Source of the DNA: a virus
Taxonomy: Duplodnaviria; Caudoviricetes
Virus record (IMG/VR): IMGVR_UViG_3300022407_004144
Location: 1-39,275 of that record
Strand: one strand, 5' to 3'
Length of the DNA stretch: 39,275 nt
Part shown: in pieces, positions 26,107-36,018 of the stretch
Layout of the letters: every line of letters begins with the position of its first letter
How positions within the stretch are numbered: the stretch's first letter is position 1
Notes under the pieces: generated by a model
Database searches by the model: none
What the model saw: the letters and a program-made list of their open reading frames with translations, nothing else
Told to the model about the DNA's origin: nothing
Made by a program: the position numbers and the translations under genes

Positions 26107-27234
26107 ATGAACCACTCGAAGATCGTCGGCGGCTCGACCGCCTCCCGCGTGATCCACTGCCCCGGCTCGGTGGCGCTGGTCGCCAAGATGCCCGAGCAGG
26201 AAGGTTCGTCCTACGCCAACGAAGGCTCCCTGCTCCACGAGGCCATCGCCGTCGTGCTGGACACCGCCTGCGACCCTGCGGACATGGTCGGCTTCGAGGC
26301 CCACGGCTTGACGCTGACCGACGACCTGCTGGAGCGCAAGCTACAGGTCGCGCTGGACCTGCTCCACGACTACGACCCCGAGGCCAAGCTGGAGTACATC
26401 ACCGAGGCGACCGTCGACTTCGGCGACCTGCTGCCCGGCGTGTTCGGCTCGTCCGACATCGTCGGCCGGCTGAACGGCCGCGCCGTCATCCTCGACTGGA
26501 AGTTCGGCGACGGCGTCATGGTCGAGGCCGAGGAGAACATGCAGCTCATGTTCTACGCCGCCGCCGCCATGCGCACAGCGTCCTGCCAGTGGGCGTTCGA
26601 CGGCGTCACCGAGGTCGAGTGCGTCATCATCCAGCCGCCGTACATCAGGACGTGGACGACCACGGTCGAGCGCATCAAGAAGTTTGAGCGGCAACTGACG
26701 CGCGCCGTCGCTGCCTCGGCGCTGCCCAACGCGCCGTTGAACCTGGGCGACCACTGCCGCTGGTGCACGGCCAAGCCGGTCTGCCCGCTCAAGAGCGGCC
26801 AACTGGACCGCGCGCGGCTGGCGTCGATGAAGGCGATCGACGTCGGCAAGCTGACCGAATACCTCGCCGCCGCCGACGGGGTCGAGGACTTCATCAAGGC
26901 GTGCCGCGCGCTGGCGCACGACATGCTGGAGAAAGGCGTGCCCGTCCCCGGCTACAAGCTGGTGGCCAAACGCGCTACAAGACATTGGGCCGACCCGACG
27001 ACCGCCAAGGCGCGGCTGCTGGAGCTCGGCCTCACAGAGACTGACGTGACGAAGACCGAACTGCTGTCGGTGGCGCAGAGCGAGAAGGTGCTCAAGAAGC
27101 ACAAGATCGAACTGCCCGCCGACATGGTGGTCGCCGTCTCGTCGGGCTCCACCATGACGGTGGAGACGGACCCCCGACCCCCGGTGGTCCAGATCGGGAA
27201 GCAGCTCGCTGCGGCCCTCAGCAAACTAGGATAG
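26107..27234 (+). CDS. Cas4-like PD-(D/E)XK exonuclease (DUF2800-type)
   Basis: HCPGS, EGSLLH, GSSD, ILDWKFG, QLMFYA, HCRWC...CP cysteine cluster. Confidence 0.85.
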   Translation: MNHSKIVGGSTASRVIHCPGSVALVAKMPEQEGSSYANEGSLLHEAIAVVLDTACDPADMVGFEAHGLTLTDDLLERKLQVALDLLHDYDPEAKLEYITEATVDFGDLLPGVFGSSDIVGRLNGRAVILDWKFGDGVMVEAEENMQLMFYAAAAMRTASCQWAFDGVTEVECVIIQPPYIRTWTTTVERIKKFERQLTRAVAASALPNAPLNLGDHCRWCTAKPVCPLKSGQLDRARLASMKAIDVGKLTEYLAAADGVEDFIKACRALAHDMLEKGVPVPGYKLVAKRATRHWADPTTAKARLLELGLTETDVTKTELLSVAQSEKVLKKHKIELPADMVVAVSSGSTMTVETDPRPPVVQIGKQLAAALSKLG

Positions 27235-27239
27235 AAAAG

Positions 27240-27908
27240 ATGAGCAATCTGACTGTATTCGCTACCGCCGGCCTCCCGTCGGTCGGCGACCTGACCGCCG
27301 CCCTGCGGCGCGTCGAAACCACCTCGGGCGTCGGCGAAGGCGGCGCCCACCTCAAGATGGACAAGACCGGCCATTGGGTCTTCGGTTCCGACCAGACCGA
27401 GGTCGAGCCCGACAGCGTGTGGGCCGTCAATCCGTTCTCCTTCACCCACGGCTTCATCGCCTGGGCCGGCGACAAGACGCCGGCGAAGGGCACCGTGCTC
27501 GGCGAGGTGATGGTCCCGATCACCCAACCCCTGCCCGAGACGGGTGCGGTGCCGGAACACTGCGACAAGGGCTGGCAGGTCCAGATCGGCGTGTCCATGC
27601 AGTGCATCACCGGCGAAGACGCCGGGCTGAGCGTCCGCTTCAACACCATCTCGCACGGTGGCAAGAAGGCCCTGACGGCGCTCGGCCTCGCCATCGCGGC
27701 GCAGGTCGAGAAGGACCCGGAACATCCGGTTCCGCTGCTGCTGCTCAAGAAGGAGAGCTACCAGCACAAGGTCTACGGCCGCATCTACACCCCGCTGCTC
27801 GAGGTGACGAAGTGGGTGGCCATGGACAAGGAGCCCGATCCGGCGGATGCTGAGGTCGTTCCCGAGCCTGAGGCGACGCCTGAGCGTCGCCGTCGCCGCG
27901 CGGCCTAA
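27240..27908 (+). CDS. Putative single-stranded DNA-binding/annealing protein
   Basis: Between the nuclease and polA; SYQHKVYGRIYTP; acidic then basic tail. Confidence 0.6.
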   Translation: MSNLTVFATAGLPSVGDLTAALRRVETTSGVGEGGAHLKMDKTGHWVFGSDQTEVEPDSVWAVNPFSFTHGFIAWAGDKTPAKGTVLGEVMVPITQPLPETGAVPEHCDKGWQVQIGVSMQCITGEDAGLSVRFNTISHGGKKALTALGLAIAAQVEKDPEHPVPLLLLKKESYQHKVYGRIYTPLLEVTKWVAMDKEPDPADAEVVPEPEATPERRRRRAA

Positions 27909-27922
27909 CAGGGACTGTGAAA

Positions 27923-27950
27923 GCGGGCGGCAGACCCCCCTGCCGCCCGC
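27923..27950 (+). terminator. GC-rich hairpin before polA
   Basis: GCGGGCGGCAG-accccc-CTGCCGCCCGC 11-bp stem, no U tract. Confidence 0.5.
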
Positions 27951-27968
27951 GAGTAGCACATCAACCAC

Positions 27969-29927
27969 ATGAGCATCCTCTGGACCGACTTCGAGACGAA
28001 GTCCCGCTGCGACCTCAAGGCCAAGGGCGTCTACAACTACGCCCGCGACGGCTCGACCGACGTGCTGTGCATGTCGTGGGCCTTCGACGACGAGGACGTG
28101 CAGACCTGGCTCCCCGGCCAGCCGTTCCCTGAGCGGGTGCGCAACCACACCGGCCAGATCCGCGCACACAACGCCGCCTTCGAGCGACTGATCTTCTGGT
28201 ACGTCCTGCAAATCGACTTCGCTCTGGAACAGTTCTACTGCACCGCGACGCAGGCCCGCGCCAACTGCGCGCCGGGTAGCCTTGAGGACGTCGGCCGCTT
28301 CTTCGGCGCGTCGATGCGCAAGGACCACCGCGGCGGCCAACTGGTGCGCGCCCTGTGTATTCCCAGAGCGGACGGCAGCTTCAACGACGACCCCGGCCTG
28401 ATGGCCGAACTGGTCGAGTATTGCGAGCAGGACGTCCGCTCGATGCGCGACATCTCCAAGGCGACGCGCAACCTCTCCGCCGAGGAGTTGGCCGACTACC
28501 ACGTCAACGAGCGGATCAACGACCGCGGCGTGCTGGTCGACGTGCCGCTGGCCCGCGCCGCCATGCGCTACGCCGCCGCCGAGCTCGACGAGATCCAGAA
28601 GCTCGTTGTCGACATCACCGAGGGGGCGGTGCCGTCCGTCCGCAGCCCCCGGATGCGGGAGTGGGTGTGGGACCGCGTCGGGCCACAGGCGCGCGACGTC
28701 ATGACGGTCACCAAGGGCGACGTCACCAAGCGGTCGATCGACAAGAACGTCCGCGCCTCGCTGCTGGTGCTGGCCGAGGAGAACCCCGACGAGGTGCCGC
28801 CTGACGTCGCCGACGTCGTCCAGTGCGCCGACGACCTATGGGCGTCCAGCGTGGCCAAGTTCGCCCGGATGGACGCCCTGGCCGACGAGGAGGACCAGCG
28901 CGTCCGCGGCGCGTTCGTGTTCGCTGGTGGCGCGGCTACCGGGCGGGCGTCCAGCTATGGTCTTCAGGTTCACAATTTCGCCCGCAAGACGGCCAAAGAT
29001 CCCGAGGCGGTGCGCCTGTCGATGGTGCGCGGGCATGAGATCGTCCCGGCCCACGGCAAGCGGGTCACCGACGTCCTCAAGGGCATGCTGCGGCCGGCGC
29101 TGATCCCGCAAGGCAACCGCCGGCTGGTCACGGCCGACTGGTCGGCGATCGAGGCGCGGGTGAACCCGTGGCTGTCGAACTGCCCGTCGGGCGAGGCCAA
29201 GCTGGACCTGTTCCGCACCGGCGAGGACATCTACAAGGTCAACGCCTCGGCAACCTTCCACGTCCCGGTCGAGGACGTGGACGACCCGCAGCGCCAAGTC
29301 GGCAAGGTACAGGAACTCGCGTGCGGCTTCGGCGGCTCGGTCGGGGCCTTCAACGCTATGGGTCGCATCTACGGCGTCCATCTGCCCGAGGCGCTGTCGC
29401 GCCAGATGGTCAACGCTTGGCGCATAGCGAACCCGTGGGCCGTCCAGCATTGGGGCGACCTCGAGCAAGCCTACACCATGGCCATGCGCCAGCAGGGGCG
29501 CGAGTTCACGGCCGGGCGGGTAACCTATCTGTTCGACGGGCGGCACCTCTGGTACGCCCTGCCGTCGGGCCGGGTCCTGTGCTATCCTGATGCCCGGCGC
29601 GAGCGCGACGGCATCACCTACTCCAAGGCCGCGTGGAAGCCCGCGCAGGGGGCGGCGGAGTGGCCGCGCGCGCGGCTCTGGCACGGACTGGCCTGCGAGA
29701 ACATCGTCCAGGCTGTCGCCAATGACCTGCTGCGGCACGCGCTGCGCAGCCTTGACGGCGGCGGGGCGCAGGTCATCCTGCACGTCCACGACGAGGTGGT
29801 CCTCGAGGCAGAGGACACGGAAGACGCGGCGGCGCTGCTTGAGGCCGCCATGCTCACGCCGCCGGCGTGGGCGACAGGGCTGCCGCTGGCAGCCGAGGTG
29901 ATGATCCGGGAGAGATACGGCAAATGA
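27969..29927 (+). CDS. polA: DNA polymerase, family A, with 3'-5' exonuclease
   Basis: Exo DFET, AHNAAFE, YCEQDV; motif A ADWSAIEAR; motif B RQVGKVQELACGFG; motif C HVHDE. Confidence 0.95.
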   Translation: MSILWTDFETKSRCDLKAKGVYNYARDGSTDVLCMSWAFDDEDVQTWLPGQPFPERVRNHTGQIRAHNAAFERLIFWYVLQIDFALEQFYCTATQARANCAPGSLEDVGRFFGASMRKDHRGGQLVRALCIPRADGSFNDDPGLMAELVEYCEQDVRSMRDISKATRNLSAEELADYHVNERINDRGVLVDVPLARAAMRYAAAELDEIQKLVVDITEGAVPSVRSPRMREWVWDRVGPQARDVMTVTKGDVTKRSIDKNVRASLLVLAEENPDEVPPDVADVVQCADDLWASSVAKFARMDALADEEDQRVRGAFVFAGGAATGRASSYGLQVHNFARKTAKDPEAVRLSMVRGHEIVPAHGKRVTDVLKGMLRPALIPQGNRRLVTADWSAIEARVNPWLSNCPSGEAKLDLFRTGEDIYKVNASATFHVPVEDVDDPQRQVGKVQELACGFGGSVGAFNAMGRIYGVHLPEALSRQMVNAWRIANPWAVQHWGDLEQAYTMAMRQQGREFTAGRVTYLFDGRHLWYALPSGRVLCYPDARRERDGITYSKAAWKPAQGAAEWPRARLWHGLACENIVQAVANDLLRHALRSLDGGGAQVILHVHDEVVLEAEDTEDAAALLEAAMLTPPAWATGLPLAAEVMIRERYGK

Positions 29928-30511
29928 GCAACCACAACCACGAAGGCAAACTGCGCGCGAAAGATTACGAAGTCCGCGAGGTTTCCGCCCGAGAGGCAAG
30001 AAATTTCGTTGCCGAACATCACTACAGCAAGGGGTGTTCCAACACCCGTGTCTATTCGCACGGTCTTTACCGTGTCGGCGAGCCAGACCTTCTTGGCGTT
30101 GCCATCTGGCTTCCGCCGACAAAGGTCGCCGCCCAAAGCGTCAACCGCGACAAGTGGCAGAAGGTGCTTTCGCTCACCCGGCTCGCGGTTCGGCCAGACG
30201 TTCCGAGCAACGCCGCCTCGTTTTTGATGGCGCGTAGCATACGGATGATCCGTAAGGACGGCAGGTTCGTGAGCCTCGTGACCTACGCCGACGATTTCAT
30301 GGGCCACACAGGCGCGATTTACCGCGCGACAAACTGGACCTACGTCGGCCAAATGAAAGGTTCTCCTCGATGGGAGGATGCAGACGGGAGGCAGGTGGCG
30401 AGAAAATCTACCGTCTCGCGCAACGACGCTCAAATGCGCGATCTTGGCTATCGTAACGTCGGCACATTTGGAAAGCGCAAGTTCACGATGCACCTCGAGG
30501 GCACGACATGA
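29924..30511 (+). CDS. Mom-like GNAT-fold DNA modification protein
   Basis: FVAEHHY, LTRL, NAASFL, VTYAD...GHTGAIYRATNW; ATGA-coupled on both sides. Confidence 0.75.
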   Translation: MSNHNHEGKLRAKDYEVREVSAREARNFVAEHHYSKGCSNTRVYSHGLYRVGEPDLLGVAIWLPPTKVAAQSVNRDKWQKVLSLTRLAVRPDVPSNAASFLMARSIRMIRKDGRFVSLVTYADDFMGHTGAIYRATNWTYVGQMKGSPRWEDADGRQVARKSTVSRNDAQMRDLGYRNVGTFGKRKFTMHLEGTT

Positions 30512-32793
30512 TCGACTTCATCGACTTCATCGCAGGGCTGGCCCCGGAGGGCGAGACTGCGCTGCTCAGCTTGCAGAAGCCCGTGCGCAAGGGCGGCGAG
30601 GCGCAGATGCACGCCGACGGGACGCCGAAGTACACATGGCCCTCCTTCCTGCCGTCCGAGCGGCGCAGGGGCGACGCGCTCTACCTCAACACCGGCTCCT
30701 TCATCCTCGACCGGATGACGGACGGCGTCAGCGCCTCGGCCGATAACTGCGAGTTTGTCCTGTGCATGATGCTGGACGACATCGGCACCAAGTCCAAGGA
30801 GCCGCCGCTGCCGCCGACGTGGGTCATGGAGACGTCGCCCGGGTCCTTCCAGTGGGGCTACGCCTTCAAGGACCAGCCGCCGAAGGCTGCGTTCGTGGCC
30901 GCCATCAAGGCCATCGCAGCGGCCGGCTTCACCGATCCCGGCGCGGTCAACGCCGTGCGCAAGTTCCGCGTTCCCGGGTCGGTCAACCTCAAGCCCGGGC
31001 GTGACGGGTTCGCCTCGCGCCTGGTCGAGTTCCACCCCGACCGCGAGTTCACCCTCGACGACATCTGCACCGCCCTCGGGGTGGTGCCGGATGAGGCTGA
31101 CACGGCGGCTCACACCCCGCTGCGGCTGGCCGACACCGGATCCGACCCGGTGCTGAAGTGGCTGTCCGAGCACGGCATGGTGCTGTCGCGCGCCAACGCC
31201 TCGGGGTGGGTCGGCATCGTCTGCCCGAACAAGGACGCCCACTCCGACGGCTCGATCGACGCCGGCTACCGCCCGCTTGATCGCTCGTTCTGCTGCCACC
31301 ACGGCCACTGTGAGGACCTGTCCTCCGCTGCCTTCCTCGAGTGGGTCGGTGCGCAGGGCGGGCCCGTCGTCAAGCCGGGGCTGCGAGACGACCTGCTGGC
31401 CGCCGAGATGAGCCGGATGCAGGAGAAGCTGACGCCGACCGAGTTTTTCACTGACGACACGGCCGAGATGATCGCCGAGGTCGAACGCAAGGAGTTAGGC
31501 CGGCTCGAGCGGGCGGACTGGTACAAGCGGTTCGCCTACGTCCAGTCCGAGGACAGCTATTTCGACCTGGTCGAGCGCCGCGAGGTGACCCGGTCCACGT
31601 TCAACGCCCTCTATCGACACATCCACTGCGTCAGCGTCCATGGCGGCCGGCGCATCGAGGCGTCGATCTGCTTCGACGAGAACCGTCAGGCCCTCAAGGC
31701 CGCCGCGGTGGCGGGCGTCACCTACGCCGCGGGCGAGAGCGTCCTGGTGGCCCACGACGGCGACCCTCTGGCGAACCGCTGGCGCGACGCGCGGCCCGCG
31801 GTCGTGGAGGGTGGCGACCCGACCAAGTGGCTCAACCATTGCCGGCTGCTGGTGCCTGACGAGGATCTGCTTGAGCATCTGTGGGACGTCATGGCGTTCA
31901 AGCTCCAGAACCCCGCCATCAAGGTCAACCACGCGGTCCTGCACGGCGGCGACGAGGGCTGCGGCAAGGACAGCATGTGGGCACCTTTCATCTGGTCGGT
32001 CTGCGGCCCGAAGATGATTAACCGCGGACTGGTCGACAACGAGAGCCTGTCGTCGGCGTTCGACTACCACCTGGAAAGCGAGATCCTGCTCATCAACGAG
32101 CTGCGCGAGCCGGACGCCGGTGCGCGGCGGGTACTGGCCAACCGGCTCAAGCCGATCATCGCCGCGCCGCCCGAGACGCTGCCGATCAACCGCAAGCACC
32201 ACCATCCCTACTACATGGCCAACCGGCTGTTCGTCCTGGCGTTCTCCAACGACCCAGTGCCGCTGTCGCTGCCGTCGCAGGACCGCCGCTGGTGCTGCGT
32301 CTGGTCGCACGCGCCGCGCATGTCGTCCGAGGATGGGTGGGCGCTGTGGCAGTGGTTCAAGTCGGGCGGCTTCGAGGCGTGCGCCGCGTGGCTGTACGCA
32401 CGCGACGTGCGGGCGTTCAACCCGGGGGCCGCGCCGCCGTGGACCGACTTCAAGGCCAATCTGGTCGAGCACGGCATGTCGATCGCCGAAGGCTATCTGG
32501 TGACCATGATCGAGAACCGGGTCGGCGATTTTGCGGCCGGCGTCATCGGCTCGCCGCTGCACTCGCTGTGCGATCGCCTGTCGGCCGGCGCGCCGCAGGG
32601 CGTCAAGATCCCGCAGCCTGCGCTGCTGCACGCGCTGAAGGAGGCCGGGTGGAGGGATATGGGCCGCCTGGCGTCGGTCGAATATCCGGGCAAGAAGCAG
32701 GTCTTCGCCGCGCCTGAGATCGCCGCCAAGGCGTCCAAGAGCGAGCTGCGGCGGATGGTCGAAGCCCCGGCGGAGCGCAAGGTCCAGATATGA
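30508..32793 (+). CDS. Primase-helicase (RepB/AEP-type primase plus P-loop helicase)
   Basis: MLDD and ETSPGSFQW primase motifs; CP...H...C.HGHC Zn site; Walker A GDEGCGKD; LINE; FSN; DRRW. Confidence 0.88.
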   Translation: MIDFIDFIAGLAPEGETALLSLQKPVRKGGEAQMHADGTPKYTWPSFLPSERRRGDALYLNTGSFILDRMTDGVSASADNCEFVLCMMLDDIGTKSKEPPLPPTWVMETSPGSFQWGYAFKDQPPKAAFVAAIKAIAAAGFTDPGAVNAVRKFRVPGSVNLKPGRDGFASRLVEFHPDREFTLDDICTALGVVPDEADTAAHTPLRLADTGSDPVLKWLSEHGMVLSRANASGWVGIVCPNKDAHSDGSIDAGYRPLDRSFCCHHGHCEDLSSAAFLEWVGAQGGPVVKPGLRDDLLAAEMSRMQEKLTPTEFFTDDTAEMIAEVERKELGRLERADWYKRFAYVQSEDSYFDLVERREVTRSTFNALYRHIHCVSVHGGRRIEASICFDENRQALKAAAVAGVTYAAGESVLVAHDGDPLANRWRDARPAVVEGGDPTKWLNHCRLLVPDEDLLEHLWDVMAFKLQNPAIKVNHAVLHGGDEGCGKDSMWAPFIWSVCGPKMINRGLVDNESLSSAFDYHLESEILLINELREPDAGARRVLANRLKPIIAAPPETLPINRKHHHPYYMANRLFVLAFSNDPVPLSLPSQDRRWCCVWSHAPRMSSEDGWALWQWFKSGGFEACAAWLYARDVRAFNPGAAPPWTDFKANLVEHGMSIAEGYLVTMIENRVGDFAAGVIGSPLHSLCDRLSAGAPQGVKIPQPALLHALKEAGWRDMGRLASVEYPGKKQVFAAPEIAAKASKSELRRMVEAPAERKVQI

Positions 32794-32795
32794 AA

Positions 32796-32827
32796 ACAGG
32801 CCCCTGTCGTTTCCGACGGGGGCCTGT
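32796..32827. terminator. Intrinsic terminator between convergent operons
   Basis: ACAGGCCCCTGTCG-tttc-CGACGGGGGCCTGT; U tract on the - strand. Confidence 0.75.
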
Positions 32828-32885
32828 CGTTCAATCAACCACGAGAGAACGGGCCGGGAGGCCACGAAACAGAACCTAGCATGTT

Positions 32886-32969
32886 TTACGACCAGATCAA
32901 CTCCGCCAGGAGGATGAGCGGCAAGGCGGTGACGAGCGCCGCCAGCAGCATGTCGCGGAGCGCCTTCAT
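32886..32969 (-). CDS. 27-aa hydrophobic peptide
   Basis: MKALRDMLLAALVTALPLILLAELIWS; ATGA-coupled. Confidence 0.5.
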   Translation of the reverse strand: MKALRDMLLAALVTALPLILLAELIWS

Positions 32970-33298
32970 GTGCCTGGCTCGGGGTGGGTGGCGATCAGGG
33001 CGAGGATGGCGTCGGCTTTGGCGAGCGACTTGTCTGTGGTGAGCCCGAGGAAAGCGGCTTTGTATCGCCCGTAAATGTCCAGCGCCTCCCAAGCAACAGG
33101 GTCAATGATCCGCGCCACCTTCTCCCGCCAAGCCACAGCCTCCATAGGGGCGACGGACAAAGCTTCCTCAAGCTCGGTGATGCGGCGAGCCGCCCAGTGC
33201 TCGGCCTCGCTCTTCGGGATATTCGGGTTCATCAGGTAGGCGCGGAGGTCTTCAGGCGGTGTCGAGCGGCCTGATTGCATTTGGCTGTCCAGCGCCAT
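32966..33298 (-). CDS. Hypothetical early protein
   Basis: 110 aa, GGAGG RBS. Confidence 0.65.
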   Translation of the reverse strand: MALDSQMQSGRSTPPEDLRAYLMNPNIPKSEAEHWAARRITELEEALSVAPMEAVAWREKVARIIDPVAWEALDIYGRYKAAFLGLTTDKSLAKADAILALIATHPEPGT

Positions 33299-33637
33299 CT
33301 AGCCCTCCCCGGTCTTCACGGGAGGGGTGCTGGGTGCACTACGGCCTTCGGCCTCCGTACCTACCGAGTTTGCAGTGGTAGTTCTGTACCCGCGCACCAT
33401 CCACGGACGGCCTGCGTCTAGGCTGCGAAGCCACTGGATGCCGCTGCTGGTGATGCCCCAAGCTTGACGGTAGTTCGGCTGGCGGGCCATATAGCCCTTC
33501 GGCTCAAGCTGGCGACAGACAGCGCCGGTCTGCGCCACAGTCATGCCGAGCGGCGTCAGAAAGTTTGTGCATCCATGGCCTCCTCCGGTTTGCGCCCTTC
33601 GCAGCACTGAAACCTGACGTTCGGTTAGGCGGCTCAT
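33299..33637 (-). CDS. Hypothetical protein, winged-helix-like
   Basis: LTERQVSVL...LEPKGY...WGITSSG pattern; ATGA-coupled start at 33637. Confidence 0.55.
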   Translation of the reverse strand: MSRLTERQVSVLRRAQTGGGHGCTNFLTPLGMTVAQTGAVCRQLEPKGYMARQPNYRQAWGITSSGIQWLRSLDAGRPWMVRGYRTTTANSVGTEAEGRSAPSTPPVKTGEG

Positions 33638-33885
33638 GACCCCTTCTCCGTCTGAGGGAGGATGGTTTGGTCGTTGCTCGGCTTCCATGCGACCGGATAG
33701 AAGCACTTGCTGACCTCCCAGTTTCCACCGCCCTGCATCTCGGTCTCGCCCTCGCCCCAGTGTCGGAGGCCCGGAACCGCCGGATGCGTTTGGCGGGACT
33801 GGATGCGGGCCTCGCGCCCGTCCTTGTCGATGCCGATAATCCACGTTCCGTCGAGCGGTGCGGTGTCCATTTCCTGTCGGCTCAT
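33634..33885 (-). CDS. Hypothetical protein (DUF551-like)
   Basis: MDTAPLDGTWII...PVAWKP. Confidence 0.6.
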   Translation of the reverse strand: MSRQEMDTAPLDGTWIIGIDKDGREARIQSRQTHPAVPGLRHWGEGETEMQGGGNWEVSKCFYPVAWKPSNDQTILPQTEKGS

Positions 33886-34499
33886 TTCCCCGCTCCTTCA
33901 TTGCTAGAACAGCCGTCAGCGGGTTGCTCCCGGCCTTCGCTGATGATGAAGTCGGCGGCGTGGTAGGCGTGGCTCGGGCCGATGATGCACTCGCCGATGG
34001 AACACCGGATGAGAAACGCCAACCGTTCGCGGTCAGCCAGAACCGGCCATCCAGCTTGCTCGGTGGGTACGGCCTCTTGGGGCCGTGAACCTGTAGAGAC
34101 TGAGGCTGGGGCTGCGTAGAGGGGGCGAATTTCAGCGACTACTTCGGGAGCGTGTTCGACGTGTCCGTTTTCACGGGCGTAGGACGCCTGCTCGTCGGTG
34201 CACTGTTTCCATTCGGACCATGTCGATTGCCAGTCCGACGCATCGCTGGACGTGTTCCGCATCCGACGTTGCCACGCGACCGGCTCCCCCCAACCTCCCA
34301 CAGAGGGAGAAGCTGCGAGGGCCTTGAGGGCGCGTCGGTCTTCAGCAGCCTGCCGGATAAGCGCGAAAGCACCGTCCGCGTTGATCTGGTACGGGGTGCC
34401 CTCGCGCATGGCGTCTAGAGCGTGGGTCAAGTGCGAGTCATAGAACGCCTCGCAGAAGGCTTCGTCGCGCTCCCTCGGAACCATAACTGCATCAGACAT
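33882..34499 (-). CDS. Hypothetical mosaic early protein
   Basis: AGGAG RBS; VMVPRE, EPVAWQ, RPLYAAP segments common in phage early genes. Confidence 0.6.
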   Translation of the reverse strand: MSDAVMVPRERDEAFCEAFYDSHLTHALDAMREGTPYQINADGAFALIRQAAEDRRALKALAASPSVGGWGEPVAWQRRMRNTSSDASDWQSTWSEWKQCTDEQASYARENGHVEHAPEVVAEIRPLYAAPASVSTGSRPQEAVPTEQAGWPVLADRERLAFLIRCSIGECIIGPSHAYHAADFIISEGREQPADGCSSNEGAGK

Positions 34500-34905
34500 C
34501 AGGTTGCTCCTGGGTTGCGCGAAGGACCGCGAGGCACAGCGCGAGGGCGGGGGTGGCGGCGGATGGTCCGCTCCGCGCCTCACACCAATCGTCATCGACC
34601 GGGTTCCAGCGCGTCCAGTCAGGGCGGATGACATAGGCGCGGTGCATTACGCGCTCCGGGTCGGTGTGGAACCACGGCTGAACGGCGCAGTACCAGCCCG
34701 GCAGCACTCGCCGTTGAAACGCGCAAGCGGCGTCTTGGCTTTGGGTGGGGCGGTGGCAGTCAGTCCCGATGATGCCGACACGCTCATGCGTCCATCGCTG
34801 GCCGTTCCAATCTGTTAGAACCGCGTGTCCGGTAGCGAGAAGAAGCTGCTCGTCCAGCTCCCGCGATCCCTCCCCCGCCTTTTCCAGACGTTCGATAAGG
34901 GTCAT
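34492..34905 (-). CDS. Hypothetical early protein
   Basis: LIERLEKA.EGSRELD...VLPGW...TPALALCLAVLRA; GGAGG RBS. Confidence 0.65.
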   Translation of the reverse strand: MTLIERLEKAGEGSRELDEQLLLATGHAVLTDWNGQRWTHERVGIIGTDCHRPTQSQDAACAFQRRVLPGWYCAVQPWFHTDPERVMHRAYVIRPDWTRWNPVDDDWCEARSGPSAATPALALCLAVLRATQEQPDV

Positions 34906-35129
34906 GACGGCAACCTCCGCTGACGACGAGCCTGCTTGGCGGCGCGCTTCTTCTTGACCTTCGCGATGGCGACGTGACGCAGGACAGGCTCCGGCTTCTG
35001 GTCGGCCCATCGCGGCGGGTAGCGGTCGATTGACCCGAATGCCTCGCCCCATCCGCCCATGCTGTGAGCGCCAGCCAAGGCGGCAATGCCCGCCGTGACG
35101 ATCATGTTTCGTCCGTTCTGAAAGCTCAT
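34902..35129 (-). CDS. Hypothetical basic protein
   Basis: 75 aa with K/R-rich C-terminus; GGA RBS. Confidence 0.55.
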   Translation of the reverse strand: MSFQNGRNMIVTAGIAALAGAHSMGGWGEAFGSIDRYPPRWADQKPEPVLRHVAIAKVKKKRAAKQARRQRRLPS

Positions 35130-35130
35130 C

Positions 35131-35496
35131 TCAATCTTCCTTCGTAGAGAGGGCTGAGCGGGCTTCTCGGAGTTGGCCGATTGTGATCGTCACTCCGTCA
35201 GCACCAACAAAAGCGGGCGTCTCGTCGGTCCACGCTTCGCCAACCATGTCAGCGAGCGCGGCAAACGGACGAAGCCCAGCCCGCATCTTCCGGTTGGCTG
35301 CGAGGAGATCGAGGATGGTCGCGGGATTGGCTGCGGCGATGAAGGCGGCGTTGTTGCTCTCCGGGACGATAATCTGACCCTCCCCCGGCTCGTTGCCGAT
35401 CACGGCTTCATGCGTGTTGCCCAAAAGGCTCCAGCCGGACCAAGCCCAAGGCCCCGGCGTCGCAGCCCTCGCCAGCCTTTCCAGTTCATCAGTCAT
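35131..35496 (-). CDS. Ead/Ea22-like protein
   Basis: LARAATPGPW...NAAFIAAANPATILDLL. Confidence 0.75.
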   Translation of the reverse strand: MTDELERLARAATPGPWAWSGWSLLGNTHEAVIGNEPGEGQIIVPESNNAAFIAAANPATILDLLAANRKMRAGLRPFAALADMVGEAWTDETPAFVGADGVTITIGQLREARSALSTKED

Positions 35497-35669
35497 CACA
35501 GCCACCACAGGCTGACGACGCCGGCGAGGACGGCGAGGATCACGAGGGAGCGAGGCCGCAGGATCTCGAAGGCGGCGCGGACGGGCATCGGCCGGAAGTC
35601 CCACCCGCGGTGGCTGGCCTGGTCGGTCTGCATGGCCGCGCAGCGGCGGTGATCCCGGGGGTCAGTCAT
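35496..35669 (-). CDS. 57-aa protein with C-terminal TM (not in the ORF track)
   Basis: Hand translation MTDPRDH...SLVILAVLAGVVSLWWL; coupled on both sides. Confidence 0.6.
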   Translation of the reverse strand: MTDPRDHRRCAAMQTDQASHRGWDFRPMPVRAAFEILRPRSLVILAVLAGVVSLWWL

Positions 35670-35866
35670 GTGGTGCGCTCCGTGGTGGTTGCGAGCCTGG
35701 CAGCCGCGGCGTTGACGCGGTCGCGCTGCTCAGGGCTCAGGGTCAGTCGCTCGAGCTGGCCGATCGACATGGTCAGGGTCGACATGCACTCCTCGAACGT
35801 CTTGGGTGTCAGGTCGTGGACGGACAGGACCGCATGCGGCCGGCCGTAGATGGGATGGGGCCTCAT
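35666..35866 (-). CDS. Hypothetical protein
   Basis: 66 aa from the ATGA-coupled start. Confidence 0.55.
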   Translation of the reverse strand: MRPHPIYGRPHAVLSVHDLTPKTFEECMSTLTMSIGQLERLTLSPEQRDRVNAAAARLATTTERTT

Positions 35867-36018
35867 GTGCGTTGGTTTCTGTGATGTTGGGCCCACGAGC
35901 TGACGGTCCAGCAAAGGGACGACAGCGCCCATCCGGCGGTTGCCCAGTCGCGACTAATCGCGGCAGACGATACGCCCGCGCAGCCGAAGCCGAACGCGAG
36001 AATGTGGACGGCGGTCAC
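35863..36018 (-). CDS. Small membrane protein (51 aa)
   Basis: GTGA-coupled start; two short hydrophobic segments. Confidence 0.5.
   Translation of the reverse strand: MTAVHILAFGFGCAGVSSAAISRDWATAGWALSSLCWTVSSWAQHHRNQRT

Noticed and set aside
26107-27234. Cas4-like gene as evidence of a CRISPR system
   Set aside because: No repeat-spacer array or other cas genes; standard component of this phage replication module
30511-30531. ATCGACTTC tandem repeat at the primase start
   Set aside because: Only two 9-nt units, in frame; too short to interpret
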